The position numbers were made by a program, and so were the translations under genes. Shown here in pieces: positions 1-10,047 of a stretch of DNA of 64,000 nt. The notes beneath the pieces are model-generated. The model had not been told where the DNA came from. It ran no database searches and worked only from the letters and a program-made list of their open reading frames with translations. The DNA is from Chloroflexota bacterium (GTDB lineage Bacteria; Chloroflexota; Anaerolineae; Anaerolineales; E44-bin32). The first letter of the stretch is position 1, and every line of letters starts with the position of its first letter. The stretch spans positions 1,071 through 65,070 of the forward strand of contig JADFRG010000012.1 in NCBI GenBank assembly GCA_022561385.1, read 5' to 3'.

Positions 1-2184
1 GATAGCGAGATTCACATGGACCTGGGCCTTGAATATTGCAATATGCAGGACGCCAAAGGACATGAATGCGAGATCAACGGAGATTGCACTCGATACCTGG
101 AACTCTGGAACCTGGTGTTCATCCAATACAACCGAATCGGACCTTCGCAGCTTGAGCCGCTGGAATTGAAACACGTTGACACCGGCATGGGGTTTGAACG
201 CATCGTTTCCGTGCTTCAGGGAACTCACTCAAACTACAGAACGGATCTCTTTACGCCGATTATCGAGGCCACGCAGGCGCTTGCGGGTCACGGAGAGGCG
301 GAATTAAAACAATATTGGACTCCGTATCGGGTCATCGCGGATCACGCGCGGGCGGCCGCCTTTTTGATCGGGGATGGCGTCGTGCCTGGAAACCTGGGCC
401 GCAACTACATCACACGTATGATCATCCGGCGCGCCAGCCTTTTTGGCGGCAAACTCGGTTTTGACGGCCCGTTCTTGGCGGAAGTCGCGCGAGCGGCGAT
501 CGAGCATTATGGCGAAGCCTATCCGGAGCTTACTCAGAACCAACAGGCCATCGAGCGTCTGATCACGGACGAGGAAGTGCGATTTGCTCGCACGGTGGAA
601 GGCGGAATCTCCAGGCTGAACGAACGCCTGGATCAGCTGGAAGGGGAAGTTCTCCCGGGTGAGGTGGCCTTCGACCTCTACGCGACCTACGGATTGCCAT
701 TCGAAATCACGCGCGACCTCGCGCGCGAGAGCGGCGCGGAAGTGGACGAACAAGCATTTTTCGAAGCCATGGATCGGCACCGCGCGATTTCTATCGGCGA
801 GGGTTTTCAGGCCACCGCGGATGCGGGCGCAATTGAGGGATATCGAGAGATCCACGCCAAGCTGACCGAGGCCGGAAAACTCACGGACGGGGTGCGCTAC
901 AACCCTTACACGGCCCTTGAATTGGAAACTCCGGTTCTTGCACTGCTTCGTGGGGACGAGCCGGTCGATTCCGCCGAGGAGGGGGAATCGGTAGCGGTTG
1001 TTCTGGCGGGCACTCCTTTTTATGTGGAAGCGGGCGGACAGGTCTCCGACTCAGGCGAGATTGTCTCCGCCGGCGACCCCCCTTGGCAAATTGAGGTCGA
1101 GGACACTCGCCTCCCCATCGAAGGGTTGGTGATCCACATCGGGACGGTGACGCGCGGGGCCCCCCGGGTGGGCGACTCCGCCCTCGCGAAGGTGGATCCG
1201 GCGCGGCGTATGGATATTGTGCGCAACCACACCGCCACCCATCTGCTTCATGCGGCGCTCCGGGACGTGCTCGGAACTCATGCACGCCAGGCCGGATCTC
1301 TGGTGGCACCCGACCGGCTGCGCTTCGACTTCACACACCCCGAGGCGCTGACCGAAGACGAGATCGTGCGCATCCAGCGAAAAGTCAACGGGGAGATCCT
1401 TGCCAACTATTCACTACGCATCCGCAATGAAGATCGGGTGGAAGCCATTGAAGCCGGCGCGATGGCATTGTTCGGTGAAACTTACGGGGACACCGTTCGC
1501 ACAATCTGCATCGGCGAGCCCGCCTGTTTTTCGTACGAGCTGTGTGGTGGCATCCACGTCGAAACCACATCGACCATCGGCCCATTCCTGATCACGAGCG
1601 AAGGCAGCGTGGCCTCAGGAATACGTCGGATTGAAGCCGTCACCGGCCGAGCGGCGTTAGATCGGATCGAAAGCAGGTTGGCTACGCTGGATGAGGTTGC
1701 CGCGAAACTTGGGGTGGGCGCGCAGGACGTATCCGCGCGCCTGGTCAAGGTACTTGAGGACCACGACCGGCTGGAGACACTCCAGGCCAAGCTCCGCCAG
1801 ACTCTGGCTATTGAGCAACTGGGGCGCCTGAAGCCTGAGCAGGTCGATGGCATTCCGGTGCTGGTCCATTTGCTGGCTGATCTGAGTGCGGATTCGCTTC
1901 GCCTGCTCATAGACCGCTTCCGGGCCGACAATCCGAGCGGAGTGGCCGTGTTGGCTTCCACTCAGAATGATCAACCCATCATCGTGGCCGGGGTCACGGA
2001 GGACCTGGTAAAGCGCGGTTTACACGCCGCAGAATTAGTCAGGAGCGTTGCAGAAGTGGTGGGTGGAGGGGGCGGCGGGAAGCCGACACTTGCACAGGCG
2101 GGAGGCAAAGATGCCAGCAAACTTCCGGAAGCGCTCGCCCTGGTTCCGGCTTGGGTGGAGGCGCACATCACTCAGGCCGGCTGA
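1..2184 (+). CDS. alaS: alanine--tRNA ligase, C-terminal ~720 aa; 5' end lies outside the window
   Basis: Frame is open to the window edge. AlaRS strings WNLVFIQYNR, editing-domain HTATHLLHAALR, C-terminal GGGGGKPTLAQAGG. Stop TGA 2182-2184. Confidence 0.95.
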   Translation, partial: DSEIHMDLGLEYCNMQDAKGHECEINGDCTRYLELWNLVFIQYNRIGPSQLEPLELKHVDTGMGFERIVSVLQGTHSNYRTDLFTPIIEATQALAGHGEAELKQYWTPYRVIADHARAAAFLIGDGVVPGNLGRNYITRMIIRRASLFGGKLGFDGPFLAEVARAAIEHYGEAYPELTQNQQAIERLITDEEVRFARTVEGGISRLNERLDQLEGEVLPGEVAFDLYATYGLPFEITRDLARESGAEVDEQAFFEAMDRHRAISIGEGFQATADAGAIEGYREIHAKLTEAGKLTDGVRYNPYTALELETPVLALLRGDEPVDSAEEGESVAVVLAGTPFYVEAGGQVSDSGEIVSAGDPPWQIEVEDTRLPIEGLVIHIGTVTRGAPRVGDSALAKVDPARRMDIVRNHTATHLLHAALRDVLGTHARQAGSLVAPDRLRFDFTHPEALTEDEIVRIQRKVNGEILANYSLRIRNEDRVEAIEAGAMALFGETYGDTVRTICIGEPACFSYELCGGIHVETTSTIGPFLITSEGSVASGIRRIEAVTGRAALDRIESRLATLDEVAAKLGVGAQDVSARLVKVLEDHDRLETLQAKLRQTLAIEQLGRLKPEQVDGIPVLVHLLADLSADSLRLLIDRFRADNPSGVAVLASTQNDQPIIVAGVTEDLVKRGLHAAELVRSVAEVVGGGGGGKPTLAQAGGKDASKLPEALALVPAWVEAHITQAG

Positions 2185-2190
2185 CCGCGC

Positions 2191-3666
2191 GTGAAAGTCC
2201 ACATCATCAACCTGGATCCTGAGGACGATTACTCATCGGCCCGAGACAAACTCTCCTGGGCTCGGGCCCCCCAGGTAGTATTAGTTTGGCCGCGCCGGGG
2301 AAGCCCCTTGAATCGCCGGCTGGATCTGGTGCTTGTCCAGAGACACGCCGTCCGGCTCGGCCTCGAGCTGGGGCTGGTGACCTTCGACCCGGAGGTCATT
2401 GAGATCGCCGAACAGCTCAAGATCCCAGTTTACAGTTCACTCGAGAAGCTGCCGACAGGGCCCTGGTCCGAACCCCAACAGACGACAACCCTCCGCCGAG
2501 AGCGTCCCTCCCTGGCCGAACTGGGTGAGGCGCGCGACTCGGATAACTATCTTCAGTTGGGTCAACGAAGCCGATGGATCGCGGTGGGTATATCCGTCGC
2601 GGCGGTGGCCGCGATCGCCTTGTCCGTGCTGCCCAGCGCAGAAATCGTGATGGACCCGGTAGATATCCCGCTGAAGCGAAGTCTTCCGATTTGGATCGAC
2701 CCTTCGTCTTCCACTGGCCCCAACCGGGTTCCGGGGCAGACGGTATCTACTGAGATTTCGGGGAGCAGGCGAATCGACACATCCGGCCGCGTACGGCTGC
2801 CTCAGGCAACCGCCTCTGGCGAGGTCGAATTCACTAACCTGACCGGCGAGGAAGTCATAGTGCCGGCGGGAACCGGACTGCGCGCCGGCGAGATTCGATT
2901 TATTACTTCGGAAGGTGTTCGGCTGGGCGTCGGCGAAGAGTCGTCGGCCAGACTTCCTGTCCAGGCCGCCGAATCCGGTCGGTCCGGCAACGTATCCGCG
3001 GGAGCGATCCAGTCCGTGGAGGGGCCGCTTGGGTTTCTGGTCACCGTGGGCAACCCTGAGCCCACGAGTGGGGGACGAGATCAAGTGGTGGCCGCGGTAG
3101 GTTTGGGCGATCCCCAAGATCTGCGACGTATGCTGGAGACTGAACTGGTGGAGGCTGCTAGGAGTACCCTTCTATCACAGCTCGCGGGCGGTTTCGAGCT
3201 GGCCCCCGGCAGCCTTCGCCTGCGAGAGATTGTCGATGAGCGTTACGACGTCGGGTTGGGTGAGGCGGCCGATTCGTTGGGGTTGACGCTTACCCTGATG
3301 GTTGAGGGTTTGGCCTACTCCCTCCCGCTGGCCACAGACACTGCTGAACAGGAAATCCGATCGACGCTCCCTGAAAATCGGCTGCTCGTTCCCGGCAGCC
3401 TGACTCTCGAGGCGGTGGAAGGATCTTCAGACTGGCCGGCAATAGAAGTCACCTTTGCAGTGCGGGGCTCTCTGGTAAAGACGGCCGACCAGGATCTGCT
3501 GCGCCGCTCTGTCCTGGGAGGTCCGAAAAGCCAAGCCGCGGATCGATTGGTAAACTTGATCGAACTCGACCAGGAGCCTCAAATAGAAACTTCTCCTGGC
3601 TGGCTGCCCTGGATACCCTGGCTGAGGATGCGCATTGATATAAAGTGGGTATGGGAGAGCGCATAA
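2191..3666 (+). CDS. membrane-anchored protein with a baseplate J/gp47-like segment
   Basis: 491-aa ORF with a GTG start and one TM helix (RWIAVGISVAAVAAIALSVLP). The segment SGRSGNVSAGAIQSVEGPLGFLVTVGNPEPTSGGRD resembles the baseplate J family signature. Recognised by eye, not searched. Confidence 0.6.
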   Translation: MKVHIINLDPEDDYSSARDKLSWARAPQVVLVWPRRGSPLNRRLDLVLVQRHAVRLGLELGLVTFDPEVIEIAEQLKIPVYSSLEKLPTGPWSEPQQTTTLRRERPSLAELGEARDSDNYLQLGQRSRWIAVGISVAAVAAIALSVLPSAEIVMDPVDIPLKRSLPIWIDPSSSTGPNRVPGQTVSTEISGSRRIDTSGRVRLPQATASGEVEFTNLTGEEVIVPAGTGLRAGEIRFITSEGVRLGVGEESSARLPVQAAESGRSGNVSAGAIQSVEGPLGFLVTVGNPEPTSGGRDQVVAAVGLGDPQDLRRMLETELVEAARSTLLSQLAGGFELAPGSLRLREIVDERYDVGLGEAADSLGLTLTLMVEGLAYSLPLATDTAEQEIRSTLPENRLLVPGSLTLEAVEGSSDWPAIEVTFAVRGSLVKTADQDLLRRSVLGGPKSQAADRLVNLIELDQEPQIETSPGWLPWIPWLRMRIDIKWVWESA

Positions 3667-4046
3667 TCCTGGCCGTCGATCCGGGAGAGGTTCGCATTGG
3701 ACTCGCGATCAGCGATCCGACGAGCACCATCGCTCGACCGCTCCAGGTGATCCGTCACCAATCCAGGGCGCAGGACGCGGCTGAAATTGCCACGATCGCC
3801 GCGACCCACGGCGCGGATCTAATCCTGGTTGGGCTGCCTTTGGACGACGAAGGCCAGGTCGGCCACCAGGCCAGGCGATCATTGCGACTCGTTGACGAGT
3901 TGAGCAACGCCACCGACCTGGCGGTTGAGACCTGGGACGAGAGCGGATCGACCCAGATGGCCGGAGTCAAGGACGACAACATCGATGCCCGCGCGGCGGC
4001 CTATATTCTCCAGGACTATCTCGACTCCCTGGCCGGCGCGGCCTGA
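3645..4046 (+). CDS. ruvX: Holliday junction resolvase-like nuclease RuvX/YqgF
   Basis: N-terminus MGERIILAVDPGEVRIGLAISD is typical of YqgF. 133 aa. Overlaps the upstream ORF end; ATG 3651 is an alternative start. Confidence 0.85.
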   Translation: MGMGERIILAVDPGEVRIGLAISDPTSTIARPLQVIRHQSRAQDAAEIATIAATHGADLILVGLPLDDEGQVGHQARRSLRLVDELSNATDLAVETWDESGSTQMAGVKDDNIDARAAAYILQDYLDSLAGAA

Positions 4047-4078
4047 CCTTTCCTTAAATGGTGGGCTGAGACCTTCCA

Positions 4079-5218
4079 ATGTCTAAAGCACGGAAAAAGC
4101 GAAGCCCAATTGGCCGCGTGATTGGGGGCCTGCTGCTGGTGGCGCTGCTCTGCGGGTTCCTGGGGCTGGCAGGGGCCTCCCTGCTCGCAATCTCTGAGGT
4201 GCTCGGGGACGTAGGGCCGCCATCGACGGCTCTAGGCACGACGGAGCGCGCGACGCTGGCGGCATATCTGCTCGCTCAAGCTCCCGCTCTAAATTCTCCG
4301 GCCGGCGACCCAAGTGCCAAGTTGGACCTTCTCGTGGAAAGTGGCGAAAGTGCTCAATCCGTCATCGACCAACTGGTCGTTGCGGACGTCCTCGACAATG
4401 GCACGCTGCTGCGCAATTACATGCGGTATCGGGGATTGGACGTCGGCATCCAGGCCGGATCCTACGAGGTCACGGGTGCCATGACCGTTAGAGAATTGGC
4501 CTCCACCCTTCAGACCGCGCGCCCGCCAGAAATTGTGCTGACCATCGTGGAAGGCTGGAGATTGGAGCAGATCGCAGAGGCCATCGATCGTTCCGATCTC
4601 GGCTACAGTGGGTCCGACTTTCTGGCGGCCGCTCGCGCAGCCGAGGTTGACCATGAGCTTATTGCCGGCACAGGCACGCTTGAGGGATTCTTGTTCCCAG
4701 ACACTTACCGACTGGAGCCGGACAGCTCGCCGCAGGCGTTAGTCGAGGCGGCGTTGGACAATTTCCTGCGGCGCGTCGACCCTATGCTGCGTCAAAGTTT
4801 CGAACTGCAGGGGCTGACGCTCATGCAGGCCGTGACGTTGGCTTCGATTGTCGAGCGCGAAGCGATCGTATCCGAGGAACGGCCGATGATCGCGGCCGTT
4901 TTCTACAAGAGATTGCGGGGCGGCCTACTTCTTGAGGCCGACCCTACGGTTCAGTACGCTCTCGGCTGGCAGCCGGAGGGCGATTGGTGGAAATCCCCGC
5001 TCACGCTGTTGGACCTCGAGGTGGATTCCCCCTACAACACCTACCGGACCGGCGGACTGCCCCCCGCCCCGATTGCAGCTCCGGGCCTGGCCTCACTCGA
5101 GGCGGTCGGGTCGCCGATCGATACGAGCTTCCTCTATTTTCGTGCGACGTGCGACGGCTCGGGTCGACATCAGTTCGCAGAAACCTTCGATCAGCACCTG
5201 CTGAACGCCTGCCCGTGA
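4079..5218 (+). CDS. mltG: endolytic murein transglycosylase MltG (YceG-like)
   Basis: N-terminal TM helix. YceG motifs GFLFPDTYRL, ASIVEREA, YNTYRTGGLPPAPIAAPG. Confidence 0.9.
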   Translation: MSKARKKRSPIGRVIGGLLLVALLCGFLGLAGASLLAISEVLGDVGPPSTALGTTERATLAAYLLAQAPALNSPAGDPSAKLDLLVESGESAQSVIDQLVVADVLDNGTLLRNYMRYRGLDVGIQAGSYEVTGAMTVRELASTLQTARPPEIVLTIVEGWRLEQIAEAIDRSDLGYSGSDFLAAARAAEVDHELIAGTGTLEGFLFPDTYRLEPDSSPQALVEAALDNFLRRVDPMLRQSFELQGLTLMQAVTLASIVEREAIVSEERPMIAAVFYKRLRGGLLLEADPTVQYALGWQPEGDWWKSPLTLLDLEVDSPYNTYRTGGLPPAPIAAPGLASLEAVGSPIDTSFLYFRATCDGSGRHQFAETFDQHLLNACP

Positions 5219-5227
5219 ACCTGCGGA

Positions 5228-6235
5228 TCATTCTTTAACGTAGTCGACAAGCTTTTCTCGGATGTCCGGATTCTGGAATCGGCGCATACCTTGCGCTTCA
5301 ATCTGGCGTGCGCGCTCGCGCGTGACCCCAAGCTTCTGCCCGACTTCTTCGAGGGTGTAGACCTTACCATCCACAAGTCCGAAGCGTAATTTAAGCACCA
5401 CGCTTTCGCGAGGGGGAAGGCTCCCGAGCGCTTCCCACAGGCCACGAAACATCAAGGCTTCGCTTGCTGCATCAGCCGGTGCTTCAGCCTCCTGGTCTTC
5501 GATAAAGTCGCCCAGGACCGAATCCTCTTCTTCGGAAGTGGGAGTTTCAAGGGAAATCGGAAGCTGGGAAACCTGCTTCATGTCCTCGATCCTCTCCAGG
5601 GGCACATCGAGCACCTCCGCGAGTTCCGCGTTGGTAGGATTCCGCCCTAACTCTTGGGTGAGATTGTGGGATGCTCGCAGCAGCCGGTTGATTTGGTCCC
5701 CCATGTGGACCGGGAGCCGGATCGTACGCCCCATATCTGAAATGGCGCGCGTCACGGCCTGCCGAATCCACCACGTCGCATAGGTCGAGAACTTCAAGCC
5801 GCGCCGATATTCGAATTTCTTCGTAGCTCGAATCAAACCGATGTTTCCCTCTTGGATAAGATCGGCGAATGGGACGCCTCGGCTCCTGTATTTCTTTGCC
5901 ACGCTGATGACGAGCCTTGAGTTGGCAGTGAGCAGATGCTCTCGAGCCGCCCATCCGTCCTCAATTAATACCTTGAGATCTGCTACCTGCTTGGACCCAC
6001 TCCTGCCGCTCGCCAGCTCCTCTCGGGCCTTGATGCCGCGTTCGATGCGTTTGGCCAGCGTGACCTCCTGCTCCGCCTTGAGCAATGGTAAACTGCCGAC
6101 CTCCTTCAGATACATTCCAAGCGTGTCGTCCGGATCGCGCTCGATCGGGTAAGCGTACTTCAATCGCGAGCGGCGCTTAGCGAGTTTATTGCCCTCGTCC
6201 CCACGTCGTTTGGTGGGTGTTTTTTTTGCCATCAA
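5228..6235 (-). CDS. rpoD: primary-type RNA polymerase sigma-70 factor
   Basis: Region 2 DLIQEGNIGLIRATKKFEYRRGLKFSTYATWWIRQA. Region 4 TLEEVGQKLGVTRERARQIE. GGAG about 8 nt upstream of the ATG. Confidence 0.9.
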   Translation of the reverse strand: MMAKKTPTKRRGDEGNKLAKRRSRLKYAYPIERDPDDTLGMYLKEVGSLPLLKAEQEVTLAKRIERGIKAREELASGRSGSKQVADLKVLIEDGWAAREHLLTANSRLVISVAKKYRSRGVPFADLIQEGNIGLIRATKKFEYRRGLKFSTYATWWIRQAVTRAISDMGRTIRLPVHMGDQINRLLRASHNLTQELGRNPTNAELAEVLDVPLERIEDMKQVSQLPISLETPTSEEEDSVLGDFIEDQEAEAPADAASEALMFRGLWEALGSLPPRESVVLKLRFGLVDGKVYTLEEVGQKLGVTRERARQIEAQGMRRFQNPDIREKLVDYVKE

Positions 6236-6460
6236 TGTCTCCGTCGTCGACCCTGGATCGCGCGAATAATAACAGTCCCGTGTGAAGCAATATGTTCGGA
6301 ACGATACAATGTCCGACTCTAATATTCATAGGATTTATACGACAATTAGCCCTGGCGGCTCAATATGACTCAAGGGCTCTAGACTCCGCCTCTGCCCGTC
6401 CGCGCCAACCTATGGGACCATAATTGGCTATGCGCACCGGCTTAGGATCGGAAAATCTGG

Positions 6461-8455
6461 GTGGAAATTTCGAGCAATCGAGAAGTGGGAGGTGCGGAAG
6501 TGACTGAAGCTAAGAAAATAAGACCTTACGGAAGCTGGGCCTCGACATTATCGGCCGCGGACGTAGCGGCCGGATTTCGGGCCCCCGGCCAGATTGTTTT
6601 GTCGGAGGGCACGGTGTATTGGTCCGAGTCCAGACCGCGAGAGGCAGGACGTGTGGCGATCATGCGCCGGTCTCGGAAGGGTGAGGTGGAGCCGGCCGCT
6701 CCGGAGGACTTTAATTGCCGCACGCGCGCGCACGAGTATGGCGGCGGCGCCTACCTGGCTGACGGTAAGACGCTTTTCGCCTCTAGTTTCGAGGACCAGC
6801 GACTCTACCGGATCGAAAGCGGTGCAGATCCGGTTGCCATCTCTCCCGAGCCAGAAATCCCGGCCGGCCTACGGTATGCGGACGGCCGCCTCTCCGTTGA
6901 TCATAATTGGATCTACTGCGTCCGTGAACGCCATGCGCCGGATGGCTCGGTCGAGAATGAGCTGGTGGCGCTCTCGCCGACGGGTGATAGTGAACCCAGG
7001 GTTATCGCCACCGGCCGCGACTTCTACGCCTTCCCCCGGCCCAGTCCGGACGGCGGCCGATTGGCCTGGCTGGAGTGGGATCAACCCAATATGCCGTGGG
7101 ACGGAACGGAACTCTGGACGGCCGAGATTGGCGCAGGGGGAGGCCTGGAGAGGCCGAGACAGATGGCCGGCGGATCGAACGAATCGATCTTTCAACCCGA
7201 ATGGGGCCCCGACGGTACCCTGCACTTTGTGAGCGACCGAAGCGGCTGGTGGAACCTGTACCGCTGGCGCAGGGATGGAGCTCAGGCGCTAGCTCCCATG
7301 GAGGCCGAGTTTGGTTCGCCGATGTGGGTCTTTGGCCTATCTCAATATACGTTTTTGCCGGATGGGGAAATCGCCTGCATATACAGTCAGGACGGCCTGG
7401 ACTTCCTGGCACGGATCGACGACCGGGCCCTTAAACCCTTTGATCTCGAGCTTACGACCTTCCGGCCGCGCAGCCTGCATTTTGATCCGGACTCCAACCG
7501 CCTGGTCTTCATCGGAGGCAGTCCCGACCGTCCCGCTCGAGTTTACGCGCTTACTCTCGATGGCGGTGAACTTGAGCCCTTGAGCCCGGCGCCGGCGGAT
7601 CTTCTGGACAAGGACAATATCTCGCGCGCTGAGCCCATCAAGATCCCGACCGCCGGCGGGCATGAGGCGCACGCCTTCTACTACGCGCCGAAGAATAACA
7701 AGTATGCTGCGCCCGTGGGTGAACTACCCCCACTGGTCGTCGTCAGCCACGGCGGTCCCACCAGCAGCACCAACTCGGAGTTTTCTCCTGTGCGCCAATT
7801 CATGACCTCCCGCGGATTCGCGGTGGTGGACGTGAACTACCGGGGCAGTACCGGCTACGGCAGGGCCTATCGGCAGCTGCTCAATACAGAGTGGGGAGTG
7901 GCGGACGTCGAGGATTGCATCCAAGCCGCCAGGTATCTGGTGGATCGAGGGGAGGTGGATGGGGCACGTTTGATCATCCGAGGCGGAAGTGCGGGCGGAT
8001 ATACGACCTTGTGTGCGCTGGTCTTCCACCATGTTTTCACCGCTGGAGCGAGTTATTACGGCGTGGCCGACGCGGAGGCGCTGGCACGTGACACGCACAA
8101 ATTCGAGGCGCGTTATCTCGACAGCCTGATCGGCCCGTATCCTGAGGCAATCGATCTGTACCGAGAACGTTCGCCGATCCACTTCGTCGACCGCATCTCC
8201 TCGCCATTGATTCTGCTGCAAGGCGGACAGGACAAGGTTGTTCCGCCTTCCCAGGCGGAGTTGATGGTTGAGGCGCTCGAAAAAAATGGCCTGGCCTATG
8301 CTTACTTGAAGTTCGAGGGTGAGGGGCACGGTTTCCGGGATGCGGCCAATACCAGCCGGGCCCTGGAGGCAGAATTCTACTTTTATTCCAAGATCTTTGG
8401 CTTTGAACTCAGCGACCCGGTTGAGCCGGTTACGATCAAGAATCTGACGAAATAG
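6461..8455 (+). CDS. S9 family serine peptidase (prolyl oligopeptidase / acylaminoacyl-peptidase type)
   Basis: 664 aa. Propeller-like N-half. C-terminal alpha/beta hydrolase with nucleophile elbow GGSAGGY. Confidence 0.85.
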   Translation: MEISSNREVGGAEVTEAKKIRPYGSWASTLSAADVAAGFRAPGQIVLSEGTVYWSESRPREAGRVAIMRRSRKGEVEPAAPEDFNCRTRAHEYGGGAYLADGKTLFASSFEDQRLYRIESGADPVAISPEPEIPAGLRYADGRLSVDHNWIYCVRERHAPDGSVENELVALSPTGDSEPRVIATGRDFYAFPRPSPDGGRLAWLEWDQPNMPWDGTELWTAEIGAGGGLERPRQMAGGSNESIFQPEWGPDGTLHFVSDRSGWWNLYRWRRDGAQALAPMEAEFGSPMWVFGLSQYTFLPDGEIACIYSQDGLDFLARIDDRALKPFDLELTTFRPRSLHFDPDSNRLVFIGGSPDRPARVYALTLDGGELEPLSPAPADLLDKDNISRAEPIKIPTAGGHEAHAFYYAPKNNKYAAPVGELPPLVVVSHGGPTSSTNSEFSPVRQFMTSRGFAVVDVNYRGSTGYGRAYRQLLNTEWGVADVEDCIQAARYLVDRGEVDGARLIIRGGSAGGYTTLCALVFHHVFTAGASYYGVADAEALARDTHKFEARYLDSLIGPYPEAIDLYRERSPIHFVDRISSPLILLQGGQDKVVPPSQAELMVEALEKNGLAYAYLKFEGEGHGFRDAANTSRALEAEFYFYSKIFGFELSDPVEPVTIKNLTK

Positions 8456-8617
8456 TCGACTTGGCATTCGGCCGGCTTCGATCGGCCTGTCGCGTCCTGG
8501 TCGCCACGCCCGCGCGTGGACGCTTGCGGCCCGGGTCGCCCTAAAAATTCTAGCGCCGTGGAATGACCGTGCGCGGCCTGGGTCGACCTGGATTATCTTA
8601 GCCTGATGCTGGGGCCG

Positions 8618-9931
8618 TCAGCCGTCGTTACCGATGGTCTTGTAAAACAGGGGGAGCGGGTCTACGGGCTCCGGCCCGATGGTGTGTGCCTCGAGGGCAC
8701 GCGCCTCGGCCTGCGCCAGTTTTTTTTCATCGTTGGCATGGATGGTGAAGAGTTCATCGCCCTGCGCGATCTTATCCCCTACCTTGTGGTGGACAATCAG
8801 GCCAACGGCATGATCGATCTTATCGCCTTTCATAGCCCGTCCGCCGCCCAACCCGACTGCAGTGGAGCCAATCTCTGCCGCGTGGATCCCCACCACAAAG
8901 CCGGATTTGGGAGCCGTTATCGTTTTAACCAATCTGGCCGCGGGCAGACGCTCGGGTTCATCGATATATTTTGTATCCCCCCCCTGCGCCGCCACAAGCT
9001 CTCGGAATTTCGCGAACGCCGAACCATCGGCTAATGCAGCCGCGGCACGATCGCTGGCAGCCGGCAGGTCGCTGGCCTTGCCCGCGAGGCGCAGCATTTG
9101 TCCGGCCACCACCAAGCAGTGCTCATTAAAATCCGGTGGTCCCTCCCCGCGCAGTGTCTCAATAGCCTCGCGCACCTCCAGCGCGTTCCCGACCGCGTTG
9201 CCAAGCGGCTGATTCATGTCGGAGATCAGAGCCACGACCCGCCGCCCGGCGCGGCCGCCAATTTCCACCATCAGCTCGGCCAGCTCTTCCGCCTGTTCGA
9301 GATTTTTCATAAAAGCCCCCACCCCAACCTTTACGTCGAGCACAATGGCTTGGGCGCCGGTCGCGATCTTTTTGCTCATCACAGACGAGGCGATCAACGG
9401 AATCGAGGGTACCGTCCCCGACACATCTCGCAGGGCGTAGAGTTTTCCGTCCGCAGGCGCCAAATCCGCAGTTTGCCCGGTCAACACAAGGCCTACATCC
9501 CTCAGCTGGCGCAAAAATTGTTTTGTAGAGAGATCCACCTTAAATCCGGGGATGGATTCCATCTTATCGAGCGTCCCCCCCGAGAAGCCGAGCCCGCGGC
9601 CGGACATCTTGCCCACCGGCACCCCACACGCGGCGACCATCGGCTCCACCACTAAGGTCGTTTTATCCCCCACCCCGCCGGTCGAGTGTTTGTCCACTGC
9701 CAGCGGCACGACGTTGGATAGATCCAGTTGATCCCCGGAGGCCACCATGGCCAGCGTAAGATCGGTGCTCTCGCGCGGGGTCATTCCCTTGAGCAAAATC
9801 GCCATGGCCCAGGCCGCGGCCTGGTAATCCGGGATTTCGTTCCGCGCGAATCCGGCTATGAAGAACTCGATCTCTTCCGAGGTGAGTTCCCCGCCGTCGC
9901 GCTTCTTGATAATCACATCTACCGCACGCAT
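8618..9931 (-). CDS. pdp: pyrimidine-nucleoside (thymidine) phosphorylase
   Basis: 437 aa. N-terminus [34 protein letters not shown] and [14 protein letters not shown] motifs. Confidence 0.9.
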   Translation of the reverse strand: MRAVDVIIKKRDGGELTSEEIEFFIAGFARNEIPDYQAAAWAMAILLKGMTPRESTDLTLAMVASGDQLDLSNVVPLAVDKHSTGGVGDKTTLVVEPMVAACGVPVGKMSGRGLGFSGGTLDKMESIPGFKVDLSTKQFLRQLRDVGLVLTGQTADLAPADGKLYALRDVSGTVPSIPLIASSVMSKKIATGAQAIVLDVKVGVGAFMKNLEQAEELAELMVEIGGRAGRRVVALISDMNQPLGNAVGNALEVREAIETLRGEGPPDFNEHCLVVAGQMLRLAGKASDLPAASDRAAAALADGSAFAKFRELVAAQGGDTKYIDEPERLPAARLVKTITAPKSGFVVGIHAAEIGSTAVGLGGGRAMKGDKIDHAVGLIVHHKVGDKIAQGDELFTIHANDEKKLAQAEARALEAHTIGPEPVDPLPLFYKTIGNDG

Positions 9932-9940
9932 GACACGGCG

Positions 9941-10038
9941 ATTATACGAGTCGGTCCTGCCTGTACAACCAGACCCCGCACGCCTTCACGAATAGCCGCT
10001 CCGACCGGAATCAGATTCAAGCTCCGGCTTGCTATAAT
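9941..10038. promoter_or_regulatory. divergent -10 boxes for pdp (minus, TATAAT 9946-9941) and mtaD (plus, TGcTATAAT 10030-10038), each 9 nt from its ATG
   Basis: Perfect TATAAT hexamers. No Shine-Dalgarno between the box and the ATG (9931 and 10048). TTGTAC sits 16 nt upstream of the pdp box. Confidence 0.5.
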
Positions 10039-10047
10039 CCTCCCACG

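Noticed and set aside
2182-2193. The alaS stop TGA is in frame with the next ORF (GTG 2191), which could suggest read-through or Sec.
   Set aside because: AlaRS ends at its normal C-terminus. The downstream protein is unrelated. A shared frame has a one-in-three chance, and no hairpin follows.
2191-3666. The baseplate J-like hit as evidence of a prophage or a contractile injection system.
   Set aside because: No other phage or CIS genes lie nearby, and the gene is tightly packed between alaS and ruvX.
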